Part shown: positions 11,422 to 24,474 of the stretch, piece by piece
Layout: the number at the start of each line of letters is the position of its first letter
Numbering within the stretch: position 1 is the first letter of the stretch
Source of the DNA: Squalus acanthias
Lineage: Eukaryota
DNA length: 64,000 nt
Assembly: GCA_030390025.1 (NCBI GenBank)
Contig: JASTWF010000573.1
Location: 124,001-188,000 of the forward strand
Direction: 5' to 3'
The notes under the pieces: generated by a model
What the model was told of the DNA's origin: nothing
Database searches by the model: none
What the model saw: only the letters and a program-made list of their open reading frames with translations
Program-made: the position numbers and the translations under genes

Positions 11422-12657
11422 CTGTGGAGAACGAAAAAAAGAGACATTTTCTTTTAAGTCAATAGTGCCTAAGTGGGAGGTTGAAAGATGCCATTAAGAA
11501 TCTGACCGTGCCATGTAGCATAGGTGCATAATGTCCACCCAAATCTCATGGGTTCTCCACTATGGCTCGGAAAATAAGCTTTATTACATTGGTTTCAACA
11601 CTATCAGAAATGAAATATTCATCTAATTGTGTGAAAGTTATGACAATTGTCGAACAAGGTTAGCTATATGATTTGATTCCATGGACAAATCCTGGTATTT
11701 TCTATCTATATAGTTAGTTTTGCAAATGGGGCTACCTATAGGCAAAAGTATCTAAGTTGTGGAAAAGTATCCTATATTCTTTCTGTAACAATATCTTATA
11801 GGATATTTCCATTAACTAAAAATCAACCATTGAACAACCAACATTCACCACAAAACCAACCAGTCAAATCACTGAGATCCTCCCCCACCCAAGAGTCCTT
11901 TGACAATATGCTGATTCTCACCTATCTCATTATATATCTCAAAATAAATTGTTACCATAATAAACACACAAACTTGATTAATTCAAAAAATACATAATTA
12001 TCCAATTTATCCATTCCATCTTCTGATCATAGAACAAAGTGAGTTTACTGCACAGATGGAGGCCATTTGGCTCACCATGTCTGTGGCACCTCCATGCTAG
12101 AGTAGTTCAGGTCCCTGAGTGAGGAAGTTCCTGCTGCTATAGTGATGCCAAGCCATGTAAAAGCGCACAAGAGGGTCAAGGTCTCACCCTGCCACCCCCC
12201 CACCCCCCCCCCCCCCCCCCCACAATGATATCTCACAATAAGTAATAAACCCATAGAAACTTGATAACCTAGACTATCGTGAGTTGGCAGAGGCTCCATG
12301 AACTGTCTCTACGTTGGAGGGTACATGAGCTCAGGCCAGCTAGGACATTGGGGACTTGCTTCATAAAGCAGCTGGTTGTGGAGTTGGGGCTTTGGGCCAA
12401 CGTTACATATCAAAATCAGAATCTATCACTTGCATCAGCTTAAAATAATCACCTTCTTCCAGGTCAGGAAAAGTGGTGAGTCTCTGTGTAAAATGCAGAT
12501 CAATATCACCCTTTTGATATTATCTAACTCAGCACAGAGTAAGAATCAAAACATAGCACTCACCAACTGACACTTACAACACAAACCCATCCCCATCATT
12601 TGTTTATTCACGTTCAAGTGAAATACAAATCTTTTAAATTTTATTTTATGTTGTTAC

Positions 12658-13263
12658 CTTTTATTGTTTCAGGCATTTTCGGACACAGTTCACCTGAAAT
12701 AACATCAGTCGTGGCTAATAAAACTTGCTCGGTCAGTTCAGAGAGTGTGCTCATGTTAACTACTCTAAAAGCTCCAGCTGGCTCAGTTGCGAGTTGGGTG
12801 AGCTCCTGCATGTCTGCATCCTGCATTCCCACAGTGAAGATTTTGAATCGAGCATTCTTTAGCTCCCTTGCAGCTGCTATTGCATCATCACTTGACTTCC
12901 CACCAATCAGAAGGAAAGCGATTTGCGGGACCCCTTCTTCAATCCTACTCCCTGCTGTTGGAATAAAGTGGCTGTTTTTAACGTGCCTCAAAGCTGCGCC
13001 GGTGTTTAATAATCTGCCTCCTTCGTACTGTATATTCTCAATAGCCTTGAGGACATCATCTCTTGTTCGGAACGTATTGAGGTATAATTCATCATTCACA
13101 TCGGAATTGTACTGGACAACTCCCACCTGGATCGATTCATCGTCAGCATAGATAGCATCAACGATGTTGGAAATAAACTCAGTAAGAAGGGGAAATTTCT
13201 GCCGTCCAATGTTAATGGAGCCGTCCAGAAGAAATACAATATCGGCTTTTTTCCGTGGCAAAA
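12658..13263 (-). CDS. COL6A3: Collagen VI alpha-3 VWA domain N2 exon (606 bp, phase 1-1)
   Basis: ctttcaag| and |gtaaca; KKADIVFLLDGSIN...SELTEQVL...LCP closely matches recalled human N2. Confidence 0.96.
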
Positions 13264-14510
13264 CTTGAAAGACAAATTGAAAAAATTACAATATAGTAAA
13301 TTAGGAATGTGGTCAATGTTTGATAATATTCAAAATATGATTTTAAACTATAAGGATTAATATGCAAAAGACAATTAAATATTTAAAATTCACCTCCTCC
13401 CCATTCCCCACTGAGTTTCTCCCCTATTGTCTGAAGCTACTGATTTATACTTGCGTCGGCTTCCAATGCATGAGCTACTCTTTATTATCTCACCCAAGTG
13501 AACACTTTTTTTGTGCGAGAGCCCAGACAGCAACTACAAGCAGAGACTGGGTGTTGTATCACACTTAAATACAATCCTGACCTCACCAGATACCTACACG
13601 TGCACTTACCACCTGGGTTACTGGATAGCGATCGAGAGTGAAACCCTGGTGCAACATTTTTCCCCTCCCTAGGTTGGGGTTCAACGACCAAATGCAGTGA
13701 CGCTTGGCTGAGAGGCAGCTAACTCAGTTAGATCCTGGATCAAACCTAAAGGCTTCTCTAGCCTGCCCTCTCTCCCATAAATGTTATTGCCTGTTATTTA
13801 TAATAGATAGACATAATGATTAATGTTCCTTTGAGCTTTCCTACCCTATTCTTCCTAAGCTCCAAATCTAGCAACCTACATTTTTCTTCCCTCCTCCGGC
13901 ATCTGAACTATATTAAAGTTAAGACTCATCACAGCATCTCCTGATCTGGCTCATTCTTTCCCAAGACCTCCAAATCCTTTCCCTCACATCTTCCTTCCCT
14001 CCTACAGGTTTATAAAACCAAGCTTGGCAAAATCTAAATGCTAGTTTTTCATGAATATTGTTTTGTCCCCAAATCTGGTGGTGTCCTGCACTGTGGATCT
14101 CGACCCTAACCTTGATTGCTCAAAAAAATAAAAATCTGCAAAATACAACAAAAAATGTAAAACCATATTGAAAAGAGTTTCATGAAAAAATAGTTGCAAT
14201 TTTTAAATAACTTAAATTGCATGGAAATGTATTGCTGCACATTTATGTATGAAGTCATCATGGCATAAATTACACTATTTTCTCTCCTGCACAAAACAAA
14301 ATTGCTATTTTTTTTCCAATGGTAAAATGATCTCTCTTAATGAAGCTGTAAGACCATTGAAACTGGAGCCTAGAATTCATTGTTTGCTATATTAGCGTAC
14401 AAGCATTTCATAACATTCTTCTGCCTACTATTTTAATGGAGAGGTTAACCTAATGGAATGGATTAATGCTGGTATTAAAAAAACATACGAGAAAGTCATA
14501 GGAACACATT

Positions 14511-15247
14511 GGGAGAAAAATTCGGTGTTGCCACTTTTGGGGCGCTAATGTCGCTGGGGGGGCTAAAACTTTAGCGCACCTCCGCCTGAAATTCAGTTGT
14601 AATGCCCCAAGCAGAAGGTGGCGTGCTACTGGAAGTGCTCCACCTCCTTCTTGGGGCGCTACAACTGAATATCGCAGCGCTACGTGCAACAGCGGCACGC
14701 GCGTCAGCACGTAGCACCGCGTCATTACAGGTCTCCTCCCCTGATTAAAGGGGAGGGGCCTAGTGCTGCGCGCACCAGGGCCCTGCTGGACCACCGGGGA
14801 GCGAGGTTCTGTGAAAGCAGCCCAGCACTCAAGAGGCAAGCCAGGCTGAGCTATCGCGGCCGGCACCCCGATGAAAAACGGGCAAGGGGGCAGGTGCTGG
14901 CAGTCGGCCCCAAAAAAATGGCCGCCTGACAGCTGCCCCTTTTACTACCACCACCGCGGCTGCAAAAACGCCCCCCTGACCGTGTTAGACATATCGTCCG
15001 GCGATAGGTCAGGGGGCGCAACCCAAGTTCGCAGCCGGGGCGCAAGCAGGGCGCTGCGCATGGTGATGACGTCATCGCTGGCGGCATAGCACCACAGGCC
15101 GCAACCAGCTACCGCCGCCGCTTACCTCCCGCTGAATTTCGCGGGAGGCATTAGCGGTACCGCGCCCGGGCGTTAGGGGATTTGTGCCCCGTTCGTGCCC
15201 CCCCAGGGACGCCCATGAGAGGCGCAAATCAATCCAATTTTTCCCCC
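14511..15247. mobile_element. GC-rich MITE (family B), ~55 bp from the N3 donor site
   Basis: TIRs gggagaaaaatt / aatttttccccc; homologous to 1478-2113. Confidence 0.75.
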
Positions 15248-15302
15248 ATCAAGTCTCATCCACAAAAATTGGCAACAATGATTCCTAGCTTTAGATACAC
15301 AC

Positions 15303-15905
15303 CTTCAGTGGGAGGTTCTGGTGTTTCATACGTTGCAGGATCTTCCATCAGCAAACGAAGGCGCAATGTGTCTTGCACACTTTTAAGGTCCTGGAAGTTA
15401 TTTACTACGTAAGTAGCATAAGGAATAGTTGCAATTCGCTGGAGTTCACCTTCATCTGCATTCTTTGCTCCGACGCCAAAGACAGTAATTCCTGAATTTT
15501 TTAACGCGCTTAAATGAGGACGGATATCATCTTTGGACTTCCCTCCATTAATGACTATCAGATACTGGGGCACTCCTTCATGCTGTCTGCTTCCGGCCCC
15601 TCTGGTGAAGTGATTTTTCAACACAAAGTACAAGCCTGTGCCGGTGTTAAGTGGTGCCCCGCCTTTCGGTCTAATTCGCCTGATGGCATTGTTAAGGGCA
15701 CCTTTACTTGTGTGTTGTTTCAAGAAAAACTCGGTTTTTCCATTGTGGCTGTACTGTGCCAGACCAATGCGAACTTTGTTGGGTCCAACATCAAGATTTT
15801 TAATTATATTCAAGATAAAATCGCGAATATGGGGAAAGTCTTCAGACCCAACACTGCTGGATCCATCAATCAGGAACACAATGTCTTTCTTGACAGTATC
15901 TGAAG
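15303..15905 (-). CDS. COL6A3: Collagen VI alpha-3 VWA domain N3-like exon (603 bp, phase 1-1)
   Basis: ttttgcag| and |gtgtgt; DIVFLIDGSSS, FPHIRDF, GGAPLNTG and a Pro-rich linker as in N3. Confidence 0.93.
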
Positions 15906-16398
15906 CTGCAAAACAATTTTATTTTTTAATTGGTTGACAAGGCACACCACCTGAAAATTATATATAGTTTACTCATATCTTCACAAATTACATACAGCAT
16001 CACATAATTGGGCTCCGAGAAACTAGGGCTTCCTTCAGAAGATCTCAGCAGATGCCCAAGGTCATCAGGTTTCTGTATTTTTCTATATTTGTTATAGGGG
16101 AATTTTAAGCCAAAAAAAAGGTGGGTTCGGGTCAGGTGGGAAGTTAAAGAGTTAAAAATCTGAATCCTGACCAGAACCAGCCTCCAACCTGCCCACTTCC
16201 GGTTTAAACGGAGGCAGGATGGGGATCGGGCAGCCAACCCGCTGCCAGGAGGCGGGTCGTCTATTTAAATATTATATTGAAGCTGTCGTGCCTTATATTT
16301 AACCTCTATTTTAAATTTAACTTCAGCTGGTCGGGTTTTGTAGGCCTCCTGAAACCTGCCATCTAAAGTAAGGTGGGGTCTGCAGGATCCAGGAGGTA

Positions 16399-16497
16399 CT
16401 GATGAAAGGTCATTGACCTGAAATGATAACTCTGTTTCTCTCTTCACAGATGCTGCCTGACCTGCTGAGTATCTCCAGCATTTTCTGTTTTTATTTC
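16399..16497 (+). mobile_element. 99-bp Penelope terminal-repeat fragment beginning at a hammerhead core
   Basis: CTGATGA-aaggtcattgacct-GAAA; flanked by the 14-bp direct repeat ggatccaggaggta. Confidence 0.75.
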
Positions 16498-17007
16498 GGA
16501 TCCAGGAGGTATGTGCCTTTACACTTACCTCCTAGATCCAGCGTCCCTGCCTAACCCACCCCTGCGATTGGAGATACCACCCCCCCCCCCCCCCACCAAT
16601 CCCAATGCTGCTCCTGGCACTAAGAGCAGCTGCTCCTGGCCCTCCAATGTTCACCCTTACCCTCTGCTCCTCTGGCCCTCCGATCAGCCGCTCCTCCATC
16701 CCCCGATCGTTGCCAACCATGCCCGCCGCTCCTCCAGCCCTCTGATCGTTGCTGAACCCCCTGCCCCTGCTTCTCCGCTCCTCCAATCATTGCTGACCAC
16801 CGTCACACCCCCTCAACCGCCGCTCCTCTGGCCCTACAATCGTTGCTGCTCCCCCCAGCCCCCCACGTGATCCCTCCCTCCCTCCTCTCTGTACTCTAGT
16901 GCCGCAGGCCTACCTGCCCGCAGCCAGCCTCTCAAGCTGGCTGGCTGCGAGTGGGAAACAGAGGTTTCCTCATGCAATTCAAGCCCTGCCGTTAAATTTG
17001 GCAGGGC

Positions 17008-17884
17008 CTCCAGTATGATTTGGACAGGTTGGGTGATTGGGCAGATGCATGGCAGATGCAGTATAATGTGGATAAATGCGAGGTTATCCACATTGGTGGC
17101 AAAAACAGGAAGACAGATTATTATCTGAACGGCAATAGATTGGGAAAAGAGGAAGTGCAACGAGACCTGGGTGTCCTTGTGCACCAGTCGCTGAAGGTAA
17201 GCATGCAGGTGAAGCAGGCAGTTAAGAAGGCAAATGGTATGTTGGCCTTCATAGCGAGAGGATTCGAGTACAGGAGAAAGGATGTCTTGCTGCAGTTGTA
17301 CAGGGCCTTGGTGAGACCACACCTTGAGTATTGTGTGCAGTTTTGGTCGCCTTATCTGAGGAAGGATGTTCTTGCCATGGAGGGAGTGCATCGAAGATTC
17401 ACCAGACTGATACCTGGGATGGCAGGAATGACATATGAAGAGAGATTGGGTCGATTAGGCTTATATTCGCTAGAGTTTAGAAGAATGAGAGGGGATCTCA
17501 TCGAAACTTATAAAATTCTAACAGGACTAGACAGACTAGATGCAGGAAGGATGTTCCCAATGGCTGGGGAGTCCAGAACCAGGGGTCACAGTCTAAAGGA
17601 TAAGGGGTAAGCCATTTAGGACAGAGATGAGGAGGAATTTCTTCACCCAGAGAGTGGTGAACCTGTGGAATTCTCTACCACAGAAGGCAGTTGAGGCCAA
17701 TTCATTAAATATATTCAAGAATGAGTTAGATATATTTCTTAAGGCTAAAGGGATCAAGGGATATGGGGAGAAAGCAGGGACAGGGTACTGAATTTGGATG
17801 ATCAGCCATGATCTCATTAAATGGCGGAACAGGCTCGAGGGGCCGAATGGCCTACTCCTGCTCCTATCTTCTATGTTTCTATGT
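17008..17884 (+). mobile_element. CR1 LINE, young 5'-truncated copy
   Basis: 196-aa ORF2 C-terminal frame; (ttctatgt)2 tail; very similar to ~39505-40125. Confidence 0.92.
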
Positions 17885-18349
17885 AAACCCGTTCTTCCGG
17901 CTTTCCTGACCACTTCAGAGCCCCCCGCCCCCATCCCACCTTCCCCATTAAAATTCAGGCCTATATCTTTTGCTATATACACTCATAAAACCATTCTCTG
18001 CAGTTAAATGCACTTTTTTCCTTTAGGTAGTTGATACTGTTTTTTGGGAAGTTAGGAAAGTTTTCCTAGGAGTGTGTCACATTTTCAGAGAATTCCCAAG
18101 AGTATGTTAATATTTGCAAGAAATCTCCAGGATGCGTTAATATTTACAGGGCGGGAGGGGAGGGGGGGGGGGGGGGGGGGGCGGCGGGTGGGAGCCGAGA
18201 ATTTTCAGGGGTTCCCAGAGTGTGTTTGTATTTACAGGGAGTCTCCTAACAGGAAAAAATACTGCTTTGCGGGGGAAAAAAAAACTTTGTTTTACAGAGA
18301 AATGGAAGAGCAGAGAAACAAACAAACAAAACAAAACAAAACAAAACAA

Positions 18350-18565
18350 CACAACAACAACTTACATTTATATAGTGCCTTTAAGATAGTAAACCATCCC
18401 AAGGCGCTTCACAGGAGCGTTATCACACAAAACTTGACACCGAGCCACATAAGGAGACTAGGAACAGGTTTTAAGGAGTGTCTTCAGGGAAGAAAGAAAG
18501 ACAGAGCGGTTTAGGGAGGGAATTCCAGAGCTTAGGGCCTAGGCAGCTAAAGGCATGGCTGCAAA
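18350..18565 (-). mobile_element. L2 LINE 3' tail
   Basis: (caa)n tail followed by catttatatagtgcc, the reverse complement of the L2 3' end. Confidence 0.7.
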
Positions 18566-19129
18566 TGGAATGAAAATGGAGTAAACAATGAGATGGAAGA
18601 GTGGGGAGTTAGAAAGGGATGGAGGGACAACAAAGCCAGTCAAAAATGGGCAGAAATATTTAAAGAGAGAGGAGATATGGACAGGACTGGGAGAAACCTA
18701 GAGACAAAGAAAAGCAACTGACAATAATGTGTATACATTAGTGTGTTCTTATGTCTGAGTGAGGGGATAATACAGGACATTGATGTATGAAACAGACAGA
18801 ATTTGTGCATCGTTCATGTGGCTGTAACTAGGCATCAGTAAACCTGCAATTTTCAATACATGAAGCTCATGCAGAGGAGGTATTTGTGGGTTAACCCTGG
18901 ATGAAATTAACTAATTTAACATAAACTGGGGATTGAACTCAGGACCTTTCTATTGCTAGTGCTCACAAACACCCTGGATAAGCATGATGAGTAATGAGAG
19001 ATGTCCAGTCTTTTCCTTCTATATATTGTTCAATTAATCCACTGAGTTCCTTCTACAATACACCATCTTTTCCAGGCCTTTGTCAATGGATCTGTATAAA
19101 TGCCAATTATAAGGAGCACAGTGCAACCT

Positions 19130-20222
19130 CATTATTCTGAGACCACTTTGATCAAAGTCACCAGCACACACCTTTTGTGATTGCTGGTATGTATGTTATG
19201 CTATGCTTTTTCCTCCTCCTTGACCTCTATACAGCATTTAACATGCCATCTTCCGACACTGTCTCTCCTCTGTGATACATCTCTGGGGGACCACTTTCGT
19301 GTGCTGAAGTCTGTGTCCTCCACAAACTGTTTTGTGTTGTCAAACTGCTTGCCTGACAACGAGTCACAGATGAAACAAAGTTTCCTCTAACTTAACACTG
19401 GGAAGATCGGATTTGACTTCCGCCAAACATTGTACTTTTGCTCGATTCCATCCCTCTCCCTGGTTACTCACTCAGGCTGAACCTGACATGTGCAACCTCT
19501 GTGTACTTTTCGACCCCGAGCTGAACGTCAAGCCCCATGACTTCCTGGAGGCGCACTACTTGGATGAGCAAGTAAAAGCCATCAAGAAGCTTGGCAATCG
19601 CATCACCAACTGGAACCATTAGGATTCCAAGAATGGCATGAGAGAATAGACGTTTGACATCCACCTCCACATCATTGCCTGCCTCCATCCTTATTTCAAT
19701 CCCCACCACGTCCGAATCTCTTGTCCATGCTTTACCTTCAGACTCAACTTTTTTAATATCTTCCAAGCCAACTCCCAAACACTTTCGTACACATATTGTA
19801 ACTTGTCCAAAACTCTGCTGCCCATATCCTGTCTCATGCTCAGTCCTGCTCTACCAACTACTATTAGCTCCCTGTCCCAACGCTGTAAATTCAAAATCCT
19901 AGTCTTCATTCACAAGTCACTTTATGGCATTGCCCAACCGTCCCTCTTCAATCTCCTCCAGCTCTACATTGCAGCCTACAGTCTCGAGTCCTGTGATTTC
20001 TGTGATCCTGTGAGTCCCCACTCCAGCATTGCTGTGGGTGCCTTTAGCTTGTCTTGGCCCTAAACATCTCCAGTTTTCTGCTTCCCTTCCGGCATTTAAA
20101 GGTACTTCTCAAAACAATCTTTTCAACCATGCTTTCAGTCATCTGTCCAAACATTTCTAATATCTTCACTATGAAATGCATTGGGGCTATATGAATCACA
20201 AGTGAATAAAAGTTGTTGTTGT
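19130..20222 (+). mobile_element. L2 LINE, highly decayed, with embedded ferritin fragment
   Basis: Residual L2 motifs (FDPELN, FKILVFIHKSLYG); gttgttgtt tail. Confidence 0.7.
19538..19663 (+). pseudogene. Ferritin (H/M-type) C-terminal coding fragment, disabled
   Basis: Reads [24 protein letters not shown], then frameshifted NGMRE*TFDIH; compare ferritin [24 protein letters not shown]...NGMGEYLFDKH. Confidence 0.85.
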
Positions 20223-20384
20223 GATCCGTCCCTGCAGGGGAGCAGCTAACCTTTGTTCTGAACCAGCCGCCTCCCCCTTCCCCACCAACTCACATTATAC
20301 TCCTCTGCGGGGCATCATGTTAGTTCACCAACGTAGTGTACCATAATGACAATTCTATTCGATGCTTTAAAATATTTGAATATT

Positions 20385-21360
20385 TGCTGGGTCCCTTGCT
20401 GTTTGTAGTGTACATTAATGATTTAGATATGAATGTAGGAGGTATGATCAGTAAGTTCGCAGATGACACGAAAATTGGTGGAGTGGTAAATAGCGAGGAG
20501 GGAAGCCTCAGGCTATAGGACGATAGACGGGTTGGTCAGATGGGCAGAACAGTGGCAAATGGAATTTAACCCTGAAAAGTGTGAGGTGATGTATTTTGGG
20601 AGGACTAACAAGGCAAGGGAATATACAATGAATGGTAGGACCCTGGGAAGGACAGAGGATCAGAGGGACCTTGGTTTGCATGTACACAGATCCCTGAAGG
20701 CAGCAGGACAGGTAGATAAGGTGGTTAAGAAGGCCATATGGGATACTTGCCTTCATTAGCCGAGGCATAGAATATAAGAGCAGGGAGGTTATGATGGAGC
20801 TGTACAAAACGCTAGTTAGGTCACAGCTGGAATACTGTGTGCAGTTCTGGTTGCCACACTATAGGAAGGATGTGATTGCATTGGAGAGGGTGCAGAGGAG
20901 ATTCACCAGGATGTTACCTGGGCTGGAGCGCTTCAGCTATGAAGAGAGACTGGACAGGCTGGGATTGTTTACCTTAGAGCAGAGAAGGCTGAGGGGGGAC
21001 CTGATTGAGGTGTACAAAATTATGAGGGGCATAGATAGGATAGATAGAAAGGAACTTTTCCCCTTAGTAGAGGGGTCAATAACCAGGGGGCATAGTTTCA
21101 AGGTAAGGGGCAGGAGGTTTAGAGGAAAAACTTTTTCACCCAGAGGGTGATTGGAATCTGGACCTCACTGCCTGAAAGGGTGGTAGAGGCAGAAACCCTC
21201 AACATTCAAGTAGCATTTAGATGAGCACTTGAAACGCCATAGCATACAAGGCTATGGACCAAGTGCTGGAAAATGGGATTAGAATAGACAGGGCTTGATG
21301 GCCAGCGCGGACACGATGGGCCGAAGGGCCTCTTTCTGTGCTGTATAACTCTATGACTCT
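20385..21360 (+). mobile_element. CR1 LINE, 5'-truncated, ending ~20 bp from a VWA exon donor
   Basis: YINDLD...SKFADDTK and QLEYCVQFW motifs; ctatgactct tail. Confidence 0.9.
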
Positions 21361-21382
21361 AAGAAATATATTTCTTCCTTAC

Positions 21383-21988
21383 GTTCTGCAGGATTTATTC
21401 TGTAGGTTTCTTTTATCTGATCTGCATTTAGTGTTGATAGCGGCACCAACAAACGTTGCTGTATACTCTGCAAATTCCGGAAGTCATTGACCTTGTAAAT
21501 ATAATCAGGGGACAGTGAAATCTGTTGGAGCTCTCCAGGATCTGCATCTCTGGATCCGATACTGAAAGGTGCTACACCAGCTTGTTTCAGCGCCAGTGAT
21601 GCCCGGTTAACTGAATCGGTCGATTTGCCAGCAGTGAGAAGGATCAAGAACTGAGGCACACCCTCGTGGATTCTACTTCCAGCAGGCTTGGTGAAAAGGT
21701 TGTTTGTAACATAGTTCAGTGCTTTGCCGGTGTTGATGGTCCGCCCTCCTTTAAGCTGCAGGTTACGTACCGCGGCCTGAACTTCAGGTTTAGTGGTGTA
21801 AGCGTTTAAGAGGAACTCTACTCTGGGATCATCACTATATTGCACGACACCAACACGGACTTTGTCAATGCCAATATCAAGGTTGTCAACAACTCTAGAA
21901 ATAAAAGTGCGCACTGAAGGGAAAGCTGGTCCAACAGTGTTCGACCCATCAAATAGGAAGACGATATCTCTCCTGGCGGTTTCTGGAA
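21383..21988 (-). CDS. COL6A3: Collagen VI alpha-3 N4-type VWA exon (606 bp, phase 1-1), probable positional N4
   Basis: ttttgcag| and |gtaagg; RDIVFLFDGS, DDPRVEFLLNA, LKQAGVAPF and ISLSPDY match recalled human N4. Confidence 0.94.
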
Positions 21989-22346
21989 CTGCAAAATAAT
22001 AATTTGTTTAGCTTTTCACAGACTGCAACAATACAAAAAGCCCTCCACCAAAGTAGCAGGAATGAAGGTTAGATTCTTGGATTGAAACATCTCAAATTAT
22101 TATGAATAATTTTGCAATTTATTAAGATTCTATGCTATACTTTCCCTCCCCCGTTTTTCTCCCATTCACTCCTAAAAGTGCTGACTAGTACTGGGGTACA
22201 ACTACATGGGCATCAACTGCCCTCTGTTATCTCAGTCAAGTGACCATTTATGTGTAACTCTGAACAGTGAATGTCTGCAGACTATTTAACTGTGCAAGCT
22301 TGAACCAATATCCACACACATGCACTTTCCAGCAGGGGGTCACTGG

Positions 22347-22507
22347 CGATGTTCCCTCTAATTCTTTTTGTGCGCGGTCCCTCTAACTGACTGCGCAGCA
22401 CATTCAAATTTTCGTTTGTGCGCGGTTTCTTCCATGGAAAAGCCGGTGAGCGGCCTGCGCGGGACCTTCAGACCGTTGCATGGCCGCACAGCTTAGCAGA
22501 AACATTG
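22347..22507. mobile_element. hAT-like MITE (161 bp) inside an older SINE-like repeat
   Basis: Imperfect TIRs cgatgttccctctaa / ttagcagaaacattg; exact 8-bp TSD gtcactgg at 22339-22346 and 22508-22515. Confidence 0.8.
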
Positions 22508-22904
22508 GTCACTGGATAGTAATCAGGTGGATATCCTGGATGATTTGCCCGCCCCTCCCCCAGGCCAGCTGAGGACATTTGCAGCACCTTCAGAAGGGGC
22601 AAATCTGCATTCAGAAAATTGTTTTTTTCCTGATGGCTGCTCTGATTTTTGCAATACTGTTTAGTAATGTTATTAGTGCTTCTGATTGCATTTGGAACAG
22701 CAAGTTCAGAAGAATTTAATTTGCAGTAGATTGCTTGCAAATAGCACGGCTTCATATAATAACGCTGATCCCTATCTATTATAGAACAACACTTCTCTAG
22801 AAGATACATTGGATAAATGCACACTCATGACATGGAGTGTCTTCCACCAGGAGTGCAGATCAGATGTGCTCCATCTCGAGCCTCGCATTAGGCTTAACTA
22901 CTTT

Positions 22905-23322
22905 AAGTAACGCCTCGATTTCAAAATTCTCACCCTTGTTGTCAAATCCCTCCATGGCCTCACCTCTCCCTATCTCTGTAATCTCTTCCAGCCCCACAAA
23001 ACCCACAAGAGATATCTGCGCTCCTCTAATCCTGCCCCCTTGAGCATCCCTGACTATAATCGCTCAACCATCGGTGGCCGTGCCTCTGTTGCCTCGGCCC
23101 TAAGCTCTGGAATTCCCTGCCTAAACCTGTCAACCTCTCCACCTCTCTTTCCTCCTTTAAGACGCTCCTTAAAACCTACCTCTTTGACCAAGCTTTTGGC
23201 CACCTGCCCCAATTTCTCCTTATGTGGCTCGGTGTCAAATTTTTTTTGTCTTATAATACACCTGTGAAGCGCCTTGGGACGTTTTACTACGTTAAAGGCG
23301 CTATATAAATACAAGTTGTTGT
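22905..23322 (+). mobile_element. L2 LINE 3' fragment
   Basis: Very similar to the 3' end of 47360-48800; gttgttgtt tail. Confidence 0.85.
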
Positions 23323-24474
23323 TATATTTATGTTCCCTTGACTCATGATTGTAATTGCAGTAAAGGAAAACTATTTACAACATATTTTAGAAACTAGTAT
23401 CATGTCTTCCCTCTTTTCTTTTCTGCAAAAAGTTTTGTTTAACTTTTCTAAAACATGAGAGTTTTTTTTTTCTCAGGGCCGGAACCCTTTCTCTTCTGAA
23501 TTCCCAGTGTTGGCAGTAAGTATTCCCAAGTCAGGTATAGAAAGAATAGATGCAGAGTAAGGTCCATTTCATTCCTAATAATGTGCCTTAGTTCCATATC
23601 AGAACAGCACCATTTCCCACACCAGCCATCACGTCCGCTCTCGGAGTGAGATTGCCAAATGAGTGCCTATTAATGTGGCATTCATTTTGAAATAATTGGT
23701 GCCTGAGAATTTCAGTGAGGCAACCATAGTCAGTATTGCACAGGAATGAGCATACAGCACTGGTGGACAGAGCAATTCATTGCTGCCAAACATGCCACAG
23801 AGTTTTTGCACAATACATCACTATTTTTGACTATGGGGCAGTTGTACAACAAGGGTGAAAAGAGGTGTCATGTTGTATAATTTCACAGTTGATTACCAGA
23901 AATATACACAAGTCTATAGTACAATTTGTGTGTATATAATATCATTTAATCTATCATTACTAGGTTTGAAATTAATTTTGTATTCATCCATGCGCGATCT
24001 GGAGAATGGAACAGTTTCTATTTTAGGCAGCCAGTGCCAGCATCAAAGACTCTTAGACCAGTTAGAGCATGTTTAGATGCAATGTGAAGCTGCCTCAACT
24101 CTGTTCCAACAACATGCTTTAGCCCCAACTTCTGCAGAGTACTCCCTGTAGGATAGTGTACGATGGCAGGCTAAATGGCTTGGCATAAGCATAGAGTATG
24201 ATGGGATAGTTAGCATATAATGTGAAGGAACAAAGTGTGTATGTGCATTGGAGCACAAAGAATTAGCCTAACTCGGCTGACAGGGAGACTGAGACAAAAC
24301 AGAACAAGGATAGCTGGTGTAAAATGTAGCCAACTGCTTTAGTATAACTAAGTTGAATATGTTTTAGATAAGGACAGAATGTGTGTCAGATAATATTAGG
24401 ATTAGGTTTGGATAATCTTAAAATGAACAATGTGAAGAGATAGTACCAGAGTAAAGCGATCAAGTAAATACATT

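Larger units (their letters stand above)
16096..17961. mobile_element. MITE family C, interrupted by a Penelope mini-insert and a CR1
   Basis: Termini ggggaatttt / aaaattcaggcc; homologous to 5603-6110 on both sides of the CR1. Confidence 0.6.

Noticed and set aside
12600-13151. Long plus-strand ORFs overlapping VWA exons and LINE RT regions
   Set aside because: Antisense shadow frames of real coding sequence
18150-18360. Poly-G run and (aaaac)n repeats
   Set aside because: Simple low-complexity repeats next to an L2 tail; no repeat-spacer structure, so not CRISPR-like
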